From: an uncultured virus (IMG/VR IMGVR_UViG_3300032038_008756)
Lineage: Duplodnaviria > Heunggongvirae > Uroviricota > Caudoviricetes
DNA: 64,000 bases
Virus record (IMG/VR): IMGVR_UViG_3300032038_008756
Reading direction: 5' to 3' (one strand)
Shown: positions 30,813 through 40,707 of the stretch, piece after piece
Position numbering within the stretch: position 1 is the first letter of the stretch
Layout: each line of letters starts with the position of its first letter
Translations under genes and position numbers: made by a program
The notes under the pieces: generated by a model
The model's input: the letters and a program-made list of their open reading frames with translations, nothing else
Database searches by the model: none
What the model was told of the DNA's origin: nothing

Positions 30813-31407
30813 TAATATTATAAGTAGGGAGAAAATACATGACTTAGTTGCTGTATTCTATCAACCAACTTTTAAAACCTTCTATGTAAATTCTCAGGAT
30901 GGCATTAATACCTGTAAACCAATAGGCGTTTTTGTCTCCTTAGGAATTACAACCTCTATGAGTGTATTAGAAAATATAAGAAGTATTATTGAGGGAAACA
31001 AGGAATATAAAGCAACACTGGTAGAAATTAGCTCTAAGCGAGAGAATGGTCAATTCATTAATACCATTTCCTCTTTAAATCCTGAACAATATCGATTAAG
31101 TGATCCTTGTCCAGACCTTATGGACAGAGATGCAGCATTGAAAGAGCTCGAGGATATAAAGGGACTTATGAATGTAGATACAGATTTGGAGACTTTAAAA
31201 ACAATGGCACCAAGAGTATCGAGGCTTAAGTATTTGATTGATCGTTTGGATGAATCTAAGAGTTGGGATGCTCATAAGATTCAAAAGGAACCTGACCAAG
31301 GTTATCGAATTTATCATATGTACGTAAACTATGAGAAACGTGGTAACTTGGAATATAGAATTGGTATTTTAGTAAATGGAAAAGAGAACGCTAACCAAGT
31401 GGATTAG
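30796..31407 (+). CDS. hypothetical protein
   Basis: 203 aa ORF in operon. Confidence 0.7.
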   Translation: MAEVGNNIISREKIHDLVAVFYQPTFKTFYVNSQDGINTCKPIGVFVSLGITTSMSVLENIRSIIEGNKEYKATLVEISSKRENGQFINTISSLNPEQYRLSDPCPDLMDRDAALKELEDIKGLMNVDTDLETLKTMAPRVSRLKYLIDRLDESKSWDAHKIQKEPDQGYRIYHMYVNYEKRGNLEYRIGILVNGKENANQVD

Positions 31408-32038
31408 TGCTCTTGTCTTGGTGATTATCTTTGGTGTGGGATATTATCTCGGAATGAATCGAGGTTCTATCCCTGCCAAGGATAATAATTTAGACAGCCT
31501 AATTCAAAAAGAAAATCTTGTTATAGACTCATTAAAACAAGTCATTCAAGATAAAACTATTACTATCGATTCTCTTAAGCTTAGTTTAGAACAGACTAGA
31601 AAAGAGAAAAAAGCAAGAATAGAAAAAGTAAAAAACCTTGGGGCTAAAGAAAGTATAGCCTACCTAGAAGAAAAAATAAGAGAAGTTGATGATATTGATT
31701 CTCTTAAGTTTTTTTCATCTTCTGATAGTGATAGTTGTGTAATTATTTGTAAAGAAGAAATTCAAGCAATTAATGGAATTATCGAAGAAAAAGAAATCTT
31801 AGAAGAAGAAGTTATAAAAAGTGATAGCATAATCCTTGCTCAAGAGGAAAAAATAGAATCACTTGATACACTTGTTCAAACTATTCAAATAAGGGAAGAA
31901 AAAGAACTACAGTATTACGAAGAAAAAACAGACTCTCTTCAGAAGCAGGTGGTTAAAGAGAAAAGAAAAACTAACTTCTGGAAGGCTGGAACCGGTATTG
32001 GTGCTGTAGGTATGATTCTATTACTTATCTTATTATGA
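31376..32038 (+). CDS. coiled-coil protein with N- and C-terminal hydrophobic helices
   Basis: TM segments at both ends, charged heptad-rich centre. Confidence 0.7.
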   Translation: MEKRTLTKWISALVLVIIFGVGYYLGMNRGSIPAKDNNLDSLIQKENLVIDSLKQVIQDKTITIDSLKLSLEQTRKEKKARIEKVKNLGAKESIAYLEEKIREVDDIDSLKFFSSSDSDSCVIICKEEIQAINGIIEEKEILEEEVIKSDSIILAQEEKIESLDTLVQTIQIREEKELQYYEEKTDSLQKQVVKEKRKTNFWKAGTGIGAVGMILLLILL

Positions 32039-32202
32039 AAAAATTAATTATATTATTAATGACACTTCTACTAGTAGGCTGTGTAGTGCCAGAAAGAACT
32101 GTGATTGTTGAAAGAAGAGGGCCATATTATATATATTACTACCCTCATCATAGATACAATCATAGACTTCCACCACTGCGATATGATAGAAATCGTTATT
32201 AA
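32035..32202 (+). CDS. small lipoprotein (below the ORF-track cutoff)
   Basis: MKKLIILLMTLLLVGC lipobox, ATGA overlap with the previous stop, 55 aa. Confidence 0.6.
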   Translation: MKKLIILLMTLLLVGCVVPERTVIVERRGPYYIYYYPHHRYNHRLPPLRYDRNRY

Positions 32203-32590
32203 TTATGATCAAAATAAGCAGATGTATGGTGTTTATGAGCCTACCACAAACACATATATGCTATCTGCTAATTTAAGTGAAGCTCTTGTATATCTTGAAA
32301 AATTTTTAAAAGATTCCCAGATGATAACATCTAGTCTTTTAGATTGTACTGAAATCTCATATCACCTAGATTCCTATTCTATGAAGTCCATGATTGAGAG
32401 TAATGTAGCTCTAATGAAGAGGCTTAGTGGTGCTCCTTCAGGATTTACTGTATCTCAACAACGATTTGGTGGAACTTCAAACCTGCCTAATAAAAATAAT
32501 AATAGTAATAAAGGATTTAGTAATAAGGGAAGAAGTACGTTTTCAAACTCAGGATTCAAGAGTTCTTATAAAAAGTTTGGAAATAAATGA
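32183..32590 (+). CDS. hypothetical protein
   Basis: probable start MIEIVINYD; low-complexity tail. Confidence 0.65.
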   Translation: MIEIVINYDQNKQMYGVYEPTTNTYMLSANLSEALVYLEKFLKDSQMITSSLLDCTEISYHLDSYSMKSMIESNVALMKRLSGAPSGFTVSQQRFGGTSNLPNKNNNSNKGFSNKGRSTFSNSGFKSSYKKFGNK

Positions 32591-33009
32591 AAAACCTTAA
32601 AATTTACACATCATTTGTATCACCTATTACTTTTAAGAGCATTTGTGATAGTAATATCCTGCCAATTTTTATTATCAAAAGTATAAAAAACTCTTCACTA
32701 ATAGGTGGTTTCGAAGGTACAGCAATACATTTTAAACAGCTTGCGCCTAGCACAGAGTTATTCAGACAAAGACGTGACGGATCCATTGATTTTTCTGAAT
32801 TTTCAAAAAGATATATTATAGAAATGTCTCAGGTGAATTTACCTGAAGTATTAGAAACTATATCATATCTTACTGATTTATGTAATACAGATAAAGTTGT
32901 TCTTCTAAGTTATGGATCTGACCCAACAAAATGTCATAGATCATTATTAGGAGAAATACTAAATCAATCTGGATTACTACAAAATAAAATAACAGAATTA
33001 ATAGTATGA
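32587..33009 (+). CDS. DUF488-like protein
   Basis: IYTS, LAPS, RYIIEM, VVLLSY..CHRSLL. Confidence 0.7.
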   Translation: MKNLKIYTSFVSPITFKSICDSNILPIFIIKSIKNSSLIGGFEGTAIHFKQLAPSTELFRQRRDGSIDFSEFSKRYIIEMSQVNLPEVLETISYLTDLCNTDKVVLLSYGSDPTKCHRSLLGEILNQSGLLQNKITELIV

Positions 33010-33284
33010 AGATAACGAGGGAGGAACAAATTCAAAAAGTTACACAAAAACAATTAGAAGATTGGGGATTATGCCCTTTTTCTATCATATGTACTTTTGA
33101 ATTAATGGATGGTTCTGGCCTTCTCGCTATCACTTTTTACCTTAAGGAAGATGTAGAAGAGTTTCTTGACAAGCTTGATTATAAAAGTCAATGCGATAAA
33201 ACAGGTTTTCATGTCATAGAGGAAACTAATACTATAATTCTAACAGGTATACCACTAATTAACTTATATGCTAATATATCATGA
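33006..33284 (+). CDS. hypothetical protein
   Basis: coupled ORF. Confidence 0.6.
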   Translation: MKITREEQIQKVTQKQLEDWGLCPFSIICTFELMDGSGLLAITFYLKEDVEEFLDKLDYKSQCDKTGFHVIEETNTIILTGIPLINLYANIS

Positions 33285-33742
33285 TAGAAGATATTTTTAG
33301 AGAATTTATTAACCTCGGTTATAAATCAGGAACACTACCTTCAAAAGATCGAGATATTCATGTAAAAGATCTTATTATTATGAGAATTGGAAATTCTTAC
33401 CTAAAAATACTCTACTTATTTAATGGTTCTTGTTTAAATATTCCTTGGTCTTGGATAGATCTTTTTTCAAGTTTAAATACCTGGGGAGGAGATAGAATTT
33501 TATTCCAATGTCAGGAAGAAAGAGAGAATCCTATTGCTAATTTTATAGAGGATTTTATTAATATTGCAGCATCAACAAGTTGTAGTAGAGTTAGCTCCGA
33601 ATTCTTAGATTGGATGAGTGATGCTTGCGAAATAGGAACAAGGGTTTTCAAAGATTGGTGTATAAGAGAAGGATTTTTTGAAGTTGAGAAAAAACTAGGA
33701 CCATTTGAATTTGTGTCTATTGATAAAAATTTAGAGATATGA
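33281..33742 (+). CDS. hypothetical protein
   Basis: coupled ORF. Confidence 0.6.
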   Translation: MIEDIFREFINLGYKSGTLPSKDRDIHVKDLIIMRIGNSYLKILYLFNGSCLNIPWSWIDLFSSLNTWGGDRILFQCQEERENPIANFIEDFINIAASTSCSRVSSEFLDWMSDACEIGTRVFKDWCIREGFFEVEKKLGPFEFVSIDKNLEI

Positions 33743-34212
33743 AGGAAATAAATATTTATACTGATGGCTCTCACCTTGACAAACAAAATAATGGACGTCT
33801 TGGGTGTGGAGGTATAATGGTATATGATGGAAAGATTATTAACAAGTTTAGTATTGAACTTAAACCAGATTGGTTAAAAAAGAATATAGGTACTGATCAA
33901 GTTAGTAATCCAACAGCTGAAATGATTGGTGTCTTAATGGCTCTTCAACAATTTGATATCCCTGCTGATGCTAAGGTTATAATCCGTGCTGATTATATAG
34001 GAGTTAAAGCCTGGATGTCAGGTACATGGAATACAAAAGAACCTTATGTAAAAAAATCTAAAGAACTTATTCAAAACGAAATCAAAACTAAAAACTTGAC
34101 TGGACGAATAAGATTCGAATGGGTAAAAGGGCATCAACCAAAATATAAAGCTGATGAACATGCTAAGTGGAATGATATAGTAGATCTACTTGCTAAAGGA
34201 CAATCAATATAA
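33739..34212 (+). CDS. rnhA: ribonuclease HI
   Basis: YTDGS, NPTAE, ADY, WVKGH, WNDIVDLLA. Confidence 0.88.
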   Translation: MKEINIYTDGSHLDKQNNGRLGCGGIMVYDGKIINKFSIELKPDWLKKNIGTDQVSNPTAEMIGVLMALQQFDIPADAKVIIRADYIGVKAWMSGTWNTKEPYVKKSKELIQNEIKTKNLTGRIRFEWVKGHQPKYKADEHAKWNDIVDLLAKGQSI

Positions 34213-34475
34213 TGGCTACAAAACGATTACCGACAAATATTCCAAGTGGAGAAGTTGATATTAATAAAGTCATTGGTGCAACTGTAAGATTAGTAAGTGC
34301 CTGTCAATCTCAAGGATGGATAGAAAATGTTGATCAAAAAACTTATACTATTAAAGATATTTTGTTTCGAGTTAGTATAGATGGGAAAACATTTACTATT
34401 ATAAAACTTGAAGGACTTGACGACAAAACATTCACTTGGAAGGATATAGAATTTATTAGTCTAAACAATGAGTAA
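34212..34475 (+). CDS. hypothetical protein
   Basis: coupled ORF. Confidence 0.6.
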   Translation: MATKRLPTNIPSGEVDINKVIGATVRLVSACQSQGWIENVDQKTYTIKDILFRVSIDGKTFTIIKLEGLDDKTFTWKDIEFISLNNE

Positions 34476-34606
34476 GACAGTAAAAAAGGTTAAAGATATG
34501 AAAGTTGGTGGAAAAGGTGGAAAAAGAAATACTAAAGCCTTTACTGAATTCATATATAGACCAAAACCAACAAGCGAATCTGATTATACTTTAGATTCTG
34601 ATACCC

Positions 34607-34996
34607 TTGAGTAAAATGGAAGAATTAATTGAAACAACTGGTATCTCTAGTTTCAATGCTGGAGAAAAACTATCTTCATCAAAGTTAAATAAGCTTAATA
34701 CAACTATTAATGAGGTAGTAGGAGTTGTAAATAGAGACCTTCTAAAAGGAACTATTAACCTAAATAAAGAACTTGGTGATTCAAGCACAACTTGGACACT
34801 AAAACAGGTGATTAGGGAAATTCCTTTAAATAGAAGGGCAATTGGTCTAAGTGTTACTTTCTTAGAAGATAATAGTGGTACACCTGCTTGGATAACTTAT
34901 ACATTCCTTGGAGAAAGTCTAGAGGATATTGATTGGTATGATGAGTTAAAGTGGCAATGTGGGGAATTTGATATTATTGATGGAGGAGAGTGGTAA
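34607..34996 (+). CDS. hypothetical protein, possibly virion-associated
   Basis: FNAGEKLSSSKLNKLN and terminal IIDGGEW; start uncertain. Confidence 0.55.
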   Translation: MSKMEELIETTGISSFNAGEKLSSSKLNKLNTTINEVVGVVNRDLLKGTINLNKELGDSSTTWTLKQVIREIPLNRRAIGLSVTFLEDNSGTPAWITYTFLGESLEDIDWYDELKWQCGEFDIIDGGEW

Positions 34997-35592
34997 TGAC
35001 TTGGAATAACTCTGATGGATATGTAGAATATAAACAAGCTTTGAACTACCTAGAGAATAGTTTAGGTATTACTAAGTTTAATTTTGTTCTACGTCAAGAA
35101 TTAGCACCATACATAACTAGAATTCTACAATATATTAATAAAAACTTAATCGTTCTTGGAGACGATGTAAGCATGATTGACAAACTCCAAGAAGTATTTA
35201 ATACTTTTGACTATGGGGCAAACCTGATTATTGGGTTAGATACAGAAATATTAGCAGATGAAGTAGGTGTTCTAGAAGAAGGTGAAGGAGATATTGAATA
35301 TGAACAAGATAGATTTGTATTTTCTTGGTCAAATATTCTAACTTCTTTAGTAGAAAGATTAAAACTTCAATATGCAAGTCTTTTATATCAAGCCCCGGAA
35401 CAAGGATGTGGATGTAGTTGTGCAAATGGCGAAACATGGAAAGATTTTGAATCTTATTCCAGTGGTATTTGGCCCGAAGATGAAGAATATAGTACTTATG
35501 ATTTTGAAGGGGTAAAAACAAACCCTTACACATCAACAAGTGGATGCTCATGTGGAGGTCAACGAATGAAAAATTCATATAATAATAATTAA
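34990..35592 (+). CDS. hypothetical acidic protein with Cys-Gly clusters
   Basis: GCGCSC and GCSCGG; 3' 70 bp duplicated in the downstream array. Confidence 0.65.
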   Translation: MVMTWNNSDGYVEYKQALNYLENSLGITKFNFVLRQELAPYITRILQYINKNLIVLGDDVSMIDKLQEVFNTFDYGANLIIGLDTEILADEVGVLEEGEGDIEYEQDRFVFSWSNILTSLVERLKLQYASLLYQAPEQGCGCSCANGETWKDFESYSSGIWPEDEEYSTYDFEGVKTNPYTSTSGCSCGGQRMKNSYNNN

Positions 35593-35597
35593 AGAAA

Positions 35598-36941
35598 ATG
35601 AGTAAAATTAAAAAATTTGATTCAACTGACCAGTATCAAAAATATCGTAATACTGATGGTTGGGCATATCCGGCTGTTAATATAGTAAGTAATGGTATAG
35701 AAACACAAATGCACTATAATAATGAGCTGAGGATGAGATGGAGTACTACTGATGCTACTATAGTTCCTACTTTTTCAGGCGATGTTAGTTTAGCTGATTT
35801 TAAAACTTGGGTAGATAATGCTTCTTATCCATGTGAAATTAAGAAAGATGGTACTGACTTTGCTTATATTAAAAGATCATCTGGTTCTAATGTTGCAGAT
35901 TGGACTCTTAGAAGTGATGATAGTGCTAGCCATTATAATACTTCTGATAAAACTGATTATCTCCAAATGACTGAAATAGAGAATGTTAATGTAGGTCTTT
36001 TTGAGAATACAGTAGAACATTGGCAGGAGGTACGTTTTAATTTTGATAAAGGATGTCCAGAAGGTTTCCATAAGTGGTTTGCTCACCCATATTGGAATGC
36101 ATCTAGAGGAAGGTATACTAAGCTAATTGGACGATATAATAGTACACCTGCAGGAACAAATACATCAGATACTTCTGCTGGTATAAACTGTGCTTTTGGT
36201 CTATCTCTTGGTGGTACTAAGTACGATAATTATACTCTAGGTAACTGGACTGCAAATCTTCTCTTAGCTGCTACAAAAGCTACAAATGCTAATCTTTTAG
36301 AGGAAACTTATTGGGAACATGTAGTACTCTCTTACATATTTAGTGCATATTATGAAACATTTAATCATCAAAGTATATTCCGTGGACATGCCGGTGATTA
36401 CAATACTGCTGAAACTCCTAGCAATCCAACTGGTTCTGGTGCAGGTGCTGGATTAAATGGACATACTGATAGCTTATTAACACCTCATGGGACAAAAGTT
36501 TCTAATCCAAGTACTACTGATGGTGGATATAGATTTATGCATATTGAGAATGCAATTCACGGTCAACAGTTTCTTTGGGGAGCTGGATGGACTGGAAATG
36601 ATGGTAAGTATTATATGACTTATGATGATATTAAAGCTAATGCCTCTACTTCCCTTACTGAGTCTAATGCAGATGTAGTAGGAACTTATTCAACAAGATT
36701 AAGTAACTCCTATTTTGGGAATGCTGATCTTTGGGGTGTTCCAACAAATACGAGCGGTGGTAGTTCTTCTACTCGTTACTGTGATGCTGCTTGGTCCGGT
36801 ACGGGGTCTGACTATTTAGCTTATCTTGGTGGTCAATCGCAAACCATTACTGCTGCTGGTGGCTTTAATCGGCGCTTCCAGGAAGACGACGTAATTTTCA
36901 CCACCTGGTATCGTCGTGGTCGCTCTACTATGAATAGATGA
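35598..36941 (+). CDS. DGR-type target protein copy 1 (putative receptor-binding/tail protein, CLec-like C-terminus)
   Basis: YRFMHIENAIHG..W and LGG..GGF..W..RGR tail; hypervariable 3' end versus paralogs. Confidence 0.85.
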   Translation: MSKIKKFDSTDQYQKYRNTDGWAYPAVNIVSNGIETQMHYNNELRMRWSTTDATIVPTFSGDVSLADFKTWVDNASYPCEIKKDGTDFAYIKRSSGSNVADWTLRSDDSASHYNTSDKTDYLQMTEIENVNVGLFENTVEHWQEVRFNFDKGCPEGFHKWFAHPYWNASRGRYTKLIGRYNSTPAGTNTSDTSAGINCAFGLSLGGTKYDNYTLGNWTANLLLAATKATNANLLEETYWEHVVLSYIFSAYYETFNHQSIFRGHAGDYNTAETPSNPTGSGAGAGLNGHTDSLLTPHGTKVSNPSTTDGGYRFMHIENAIHGQQFLWGAGWTGNDGKYYMTYDDIKANASTSLTESNADVVGTYSTRLSNSYFGNADLWGVPTNTSGGSSSTRYCDAAWSGTGSDYLAYLGGQSQTITAAGGFNRRFQEDDVIFTTWYRRGRSTMNR

Positions 36942-37110
36942 TCCTGGACTTGAAGAGGACAGAAGTAAATTAATTGTACTTCAGAAACTCTCTAAATTCT
37001 TATATATGTAATGTAAAGAGAAAATAATTAAGAACAATCCTACCGTACACTGATTATAATTCTTTTTACATTCTTTTTTATCAACGAAAAAGGTTCATCT
37101 CTACGGCTTT

Positions 37111-37227
37111 TCCTTATTTTATCATCGCAAGATCGATAATAGTTTTTAATACCAATGGTGGTAACTCGAACAATGGGTTTGCTCATTGGTGGATTTGCTC
37201 AATTCTTCCTCAACACCAATACTGATT
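37111..37227 (+). other. decayed DGR template repeat TR1
   Basis: noncoding ggtggtaactcgaacaatggg...tttgct...ttcttcctcaac...caatactgat, homologous to the VRs, with a 41-bp insertion and an internal deletion versus TR2. Confidence 0.7.
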
Positions 37228-37419
37228 AAATTATAATTTATTTTAAACTTAGTAAAAAAAATAAAAAAGTAAAAGGATATGAATCTTGCAGCAAAATCTA
37301 GCAAATAAACTTAGGAAGCAATAAAAAAAATAGTAGAGTAAGTAAGCCCTTACACATCAACAAGTGGATGCTCATGTGGGGGATCAACGAATGAAAAATT
37401 CATACAATAACTAAAGAAA

Positions 37420-38760
37420 ATGAGTAAAATTAAAAAATTTGATTCAACTGACCAGTATCAAAAATATCGCGATACTGACGGTTGGGCATATCCAGCTATT
37501 AATGTAATAAGTAATGGTATAGAAACACAAACACATTATAATAATGAGCTGAGGATGAGATGGAGTACTACTGATGCTACTATAGTTCCTACTTTTTCAG
37601 GCGATATTAGTTTAGCTGATTTTAAAACTTGGGTAGATAATGCTTCTTACCCGTGTGAAATTAAAAAAGATGGTACTGATTTTGCTTATATTAAAAGATC
37701 AACTGGATCTAATGTTGCGGATTGGACTCTTAGAAGTGATGATAGTAACAGTCATTATAATACTTCTGATAAAACTAATTATCTCCAAATGACTGAAATA
37801 GAGAATATTAATGTAGGTCTTTTTGAGAATACAGCAGAGCATTGGCAAGAAGTACGCTTTAATTTTGATAAAGGTTGTCCAGAAGGTTTTCATAAGTGGT
37901 TTGCTCACCCATATTGGAATGAAGAACGCGGGTGTTATACTAAGCTTATTGGACGATATAATAGTACACCTGCAGGAACAAATACATCAGATACTGCTGC
38001 TGGTATAAATTGTGCTTTTGGTCTATCTCAGGGTGGTACTAAGAGCAATAATTATACTCTAGGTTTCTGGTCTGCAAATACACTCTTAGCTGCTACAAAA
38101 GCTACGAATGAGAATCTTTTAGAGGAAACTTATTGGGAACATGTAGTACTCTCTTACATATTTAGTGCATATTATGAAACATTTAATCATCAGAGTATAT
38201 TCTATGGACATGCCACTGATTACAATACTGCTGAAACTCCTAGCAATCCAACTGGTTCTGGTGCAGGAGCTGGATTAAATGGACATACTGATAGCTTATT
38301 AACACCTCATGGGACAAAAGTTTCTAATCCAAGTTCTACTGATGGTGGATATAGGTTTATGCACATTGAGAATGCTATTCATGGTCAGCAGTGGATTTGG
38401 GGAGCTGGATGGGTTGGAAATAGTGGCAAGTATTATATGACTTATGATGATATTAAAGCTAATGAATCTGCTACCCTCACTGAGTCTAATGCAGATGTAG
38501 TGGGAACTTATCCAACAACATTAAGTGGCCAGTATTTTGGAAATGCTGATCTTTGGTGTGTTCCGACTAATAAGAGTGGAGGTAGTTCTTCTACTCGTTA
38601 TTGTGATGATGGTTGGTCCGCTGCGGGGACTGGTCGTGTAGCTTACCTTGGTGGTTCCGCGAACAGCGGGGCGGGCTGTGGCGGCTTTGCTCGGAGCTTC
38701 TACTACGACGCTACTATGGACCTCTGGGGTCATCGTGGTCGCCCTACTATGAATAGATGA
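37420..38760 (+). CDS. DGR-type target protein copy 2
   Basis: paralog of copy 1; VR about 38647-38748 rich in NNC codons. Confidence 0.85.
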   Translation: MSKIKKFDSTDQYQKYRDTDGWAYPAINVISNGIETQTHYNNELRMRWSTTDATIVPTFSGDISLADFKTWVDNASYPCEIKKDGTDFAYIKRSTGSNVADWTLRSDDSNSHYNTSDKTNYLQMTEIENINVGLFENTAEHWQEVRFNFDKGCPEGFHKWFAHPYWNEERGCYTKLIGRYNSTPAGTNTSDTAAGINCAFGLSQGGTKSNNYTLGFWSANTLLAATKATNENLLEETYWEHVVLSYIFSAYYETFNHQSIFYGHATDYNTAETPSNPTGSGAGAGLNGHTDSLLTPHGTKVSNPSSTDGGYRFMHIENAIHGQQWIWGAGWVGNSGKYYMTYDDIKANESATLTESNADVVGTYPTTLSGQYFGNADLWCVPTNKSGGSSSTRYCDDGWSAAGTGRVAYLGGSANSGAGCGGFARSFYYDATMDLWGHRGRPTMNR

Positions 38761-38908
38761 TCCTAGACTTGAAGAGGACAGAAGTGAATTAATTGTACTA
38801 CGGAAACTCCCTAAATTCTTATATATGTAATGTAAAGAGAAAATAATTAAGAACAATCCTACCGTACCCTGATTATAATTCTCTTTACATTCTTTTTTAT
38901 CAACGAAA

Positions 38909-40252
38909 ATGAATAATAATATTAGAAAATTTGATTCAACTACTCAGTATCAAAAATATCGTGATACTGATGGTTGGGCATATCCAGCTGTTAATGTAAT
39001 AAGTAATGGTATAGAAATACAAACACATTATAATAACGAGCTAGGAATGAGATGGAGTACTACTGATACTAAGATAGTTCCTACTTTTTTAGGTGAAGTT
39101 AGCTTATCTGATTTTAAAACTTGGGTAGATAATGCTTCTTATCCATGTGAAATTAAGAAAGATGGTACTGACTTTGCTTATATTAAAAGATCAACTGGTT
39201 CTAATATTGCAGATTGGACTCTTAGAAGTGATGATAGTAACAGTCATTATAATACCTCTGATAAAACTGATTATCTTCAAATGACTGAAATAGAGAATGT
39301 TAATGTAGGTCTTTTTGAGAATACAGTAGAACATTGGCAGGAAGTACGTTTTAATTTTGATAAAGGTTGTCCAGAAGGTTTTCATAAGTGGTTTGCTCAT
39401 CCATATTGGAACGAAGAACGTGGATGTTATACAAAACTTATTGGTAGATATAATAGTACCCCTGCTGGAACAAAGACATCAAATACTGCTGCAGGTATAA
39501 ATTGTGCCTTTGGTCTATCTCTAGGTGGTACTAAGTACAATAATTATACCCTAGGTAACTGGTCTGCAAATACCCTCTTAGCAGCTACAAAAGCTACAAA
39601 TGCTAATCTTTTAGAGGAAACTTATTGGGAACATGTAGTACTCTCTTACATATTTAGTGCATATTATGAAACATTTAATCATCAGAGTATATTCTATGGA
39701 CATGCCACTGATTACAATATTGCTGAAAATCCTAACAGTCCAACCGGTGCAGGCGCAGGTGCTGGATTAAATGGACATACTGATAGCTTATTAACACCCC
39801 ATGGGACAACAGTTTCTAATCCAAGTACTACTGATGGTGGATATAGATTTATGCATATTGAAAACGCAATTCACGGTCAGCAGTGGATTTGGGGAGCTGG
39901 ATGGGTTGGAAATAATGGTAAGTATTATATGACTTATGATGATATTAAAGCTAATGCATCTGCTACCCTCACTAAGTCTAATGCAGATGTAATAGGAACT
40001 TATTCAACGACATTAAATGGCCAGTATTTTGGAACTGCTGATCTTTGGTGTGTTCCTACTAATGCGAGTGGTGGTAGTTCTTCTACTCGTTATTGTGACG
40101 CTGCTTGGTCCAATAAGGGGACTGGTCGCGTAGCTTGGCTGGGTGAGGACGCGGGCGGTGGTGGTTGTAATGGTGGTTTTGCTCGGGTCTTCCTCTACGC
40201 TGCTGGTCCCGCCTACTGGGTTTGGCGTGGGCGCTCTACTATGAATAGATGA
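38909..40252 (+). CDS. DGR-type target protein copy 3
   Basis: paralog; VR about 40139-40240 colinear with TR2. Confidence 0.85.
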   Translation: MNNNIRKFDSTTQYQKYRDTDGWAYPAVNVISNGIEIQTHYNNELGMRWSTTDTKIVPTFLGEVSLSDFKTWVDNASYPCEIKKDGTDFAYIKRSTGSNIADWTLRSDDSNSHYNTSDKTDYLQMTEIENVNVGLFENTVEHWQEVRFNFDKGCPEGFHKWFAHPYWNEERGCYTKLIGRYNSTPAGTKTSNTAAGINCAFGLSLGGTKYNNYTLGNWSANTLLAATKATNANLLEETYWEHVVLSYIFSAYYETFNHQSIFYGHATDYNIAENPNSPTGAGAGAGLNGHTDSLLTPHGTTVSNPSTTDGGYRFMHIENAIHGQQWIWGAGWVGNNGKYYMTYDDIKANASATLTKSNADVIGTYSTTLNGQYFGTADLWCVPTNASGGSSSTRYCDAAWSNKGTGRVAWLGEDAGGGGCNGGFARVFLYAAGPAYWVWRGRSTMNR

Positions 40253-40420
40253 TCCTAGACTTGAAGAGGACAGAAGTGAATTAATTGTACTACGGAAACT
40301 CCCTAAATTCTTATATATGTAATGTAAAGAGAAAATAATTAAGAACAATCCTACCGTACCCTGATTATAATTCTCTTTACATTCTTTTTTATCAACGAAA
40401 AAGGTTCATCTCTACGGCTT

Positions 40421-40525
40421 TTCCTTGGTGATAACTTGAACAACAGGTCTGCTGCTGGTGGTTTTGCTAGACTCTTCTTCCTCAACGCTGGTCCCTCCTA
40501 CTGGAATAGGCATGGGCGCAATACT
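40421..40525 (+). other. DGR template repeat TR2 (partly adenine-depleted)
   Basis: ungapped codon-for-codon alignment to VRs 2-4, with AAC/AAT at variable positions. Confidence 0.82.
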
Positions 40526-40707
40526 GATTAAATTATAATTTATTTTAAACTTAGTGAAAGGATATGAATCTTGCAGCAAAATCTAGCAAATAAACTTAGG
40601 AAGCAATAAAAAAAATAGTAGAGTAAGTAAGCCCTTACACATCAACAAGTGGATGCTCATGTGGGGGATCAACGAATGAAAAATTCATACAATAATAATT
40701 AAAGAGA

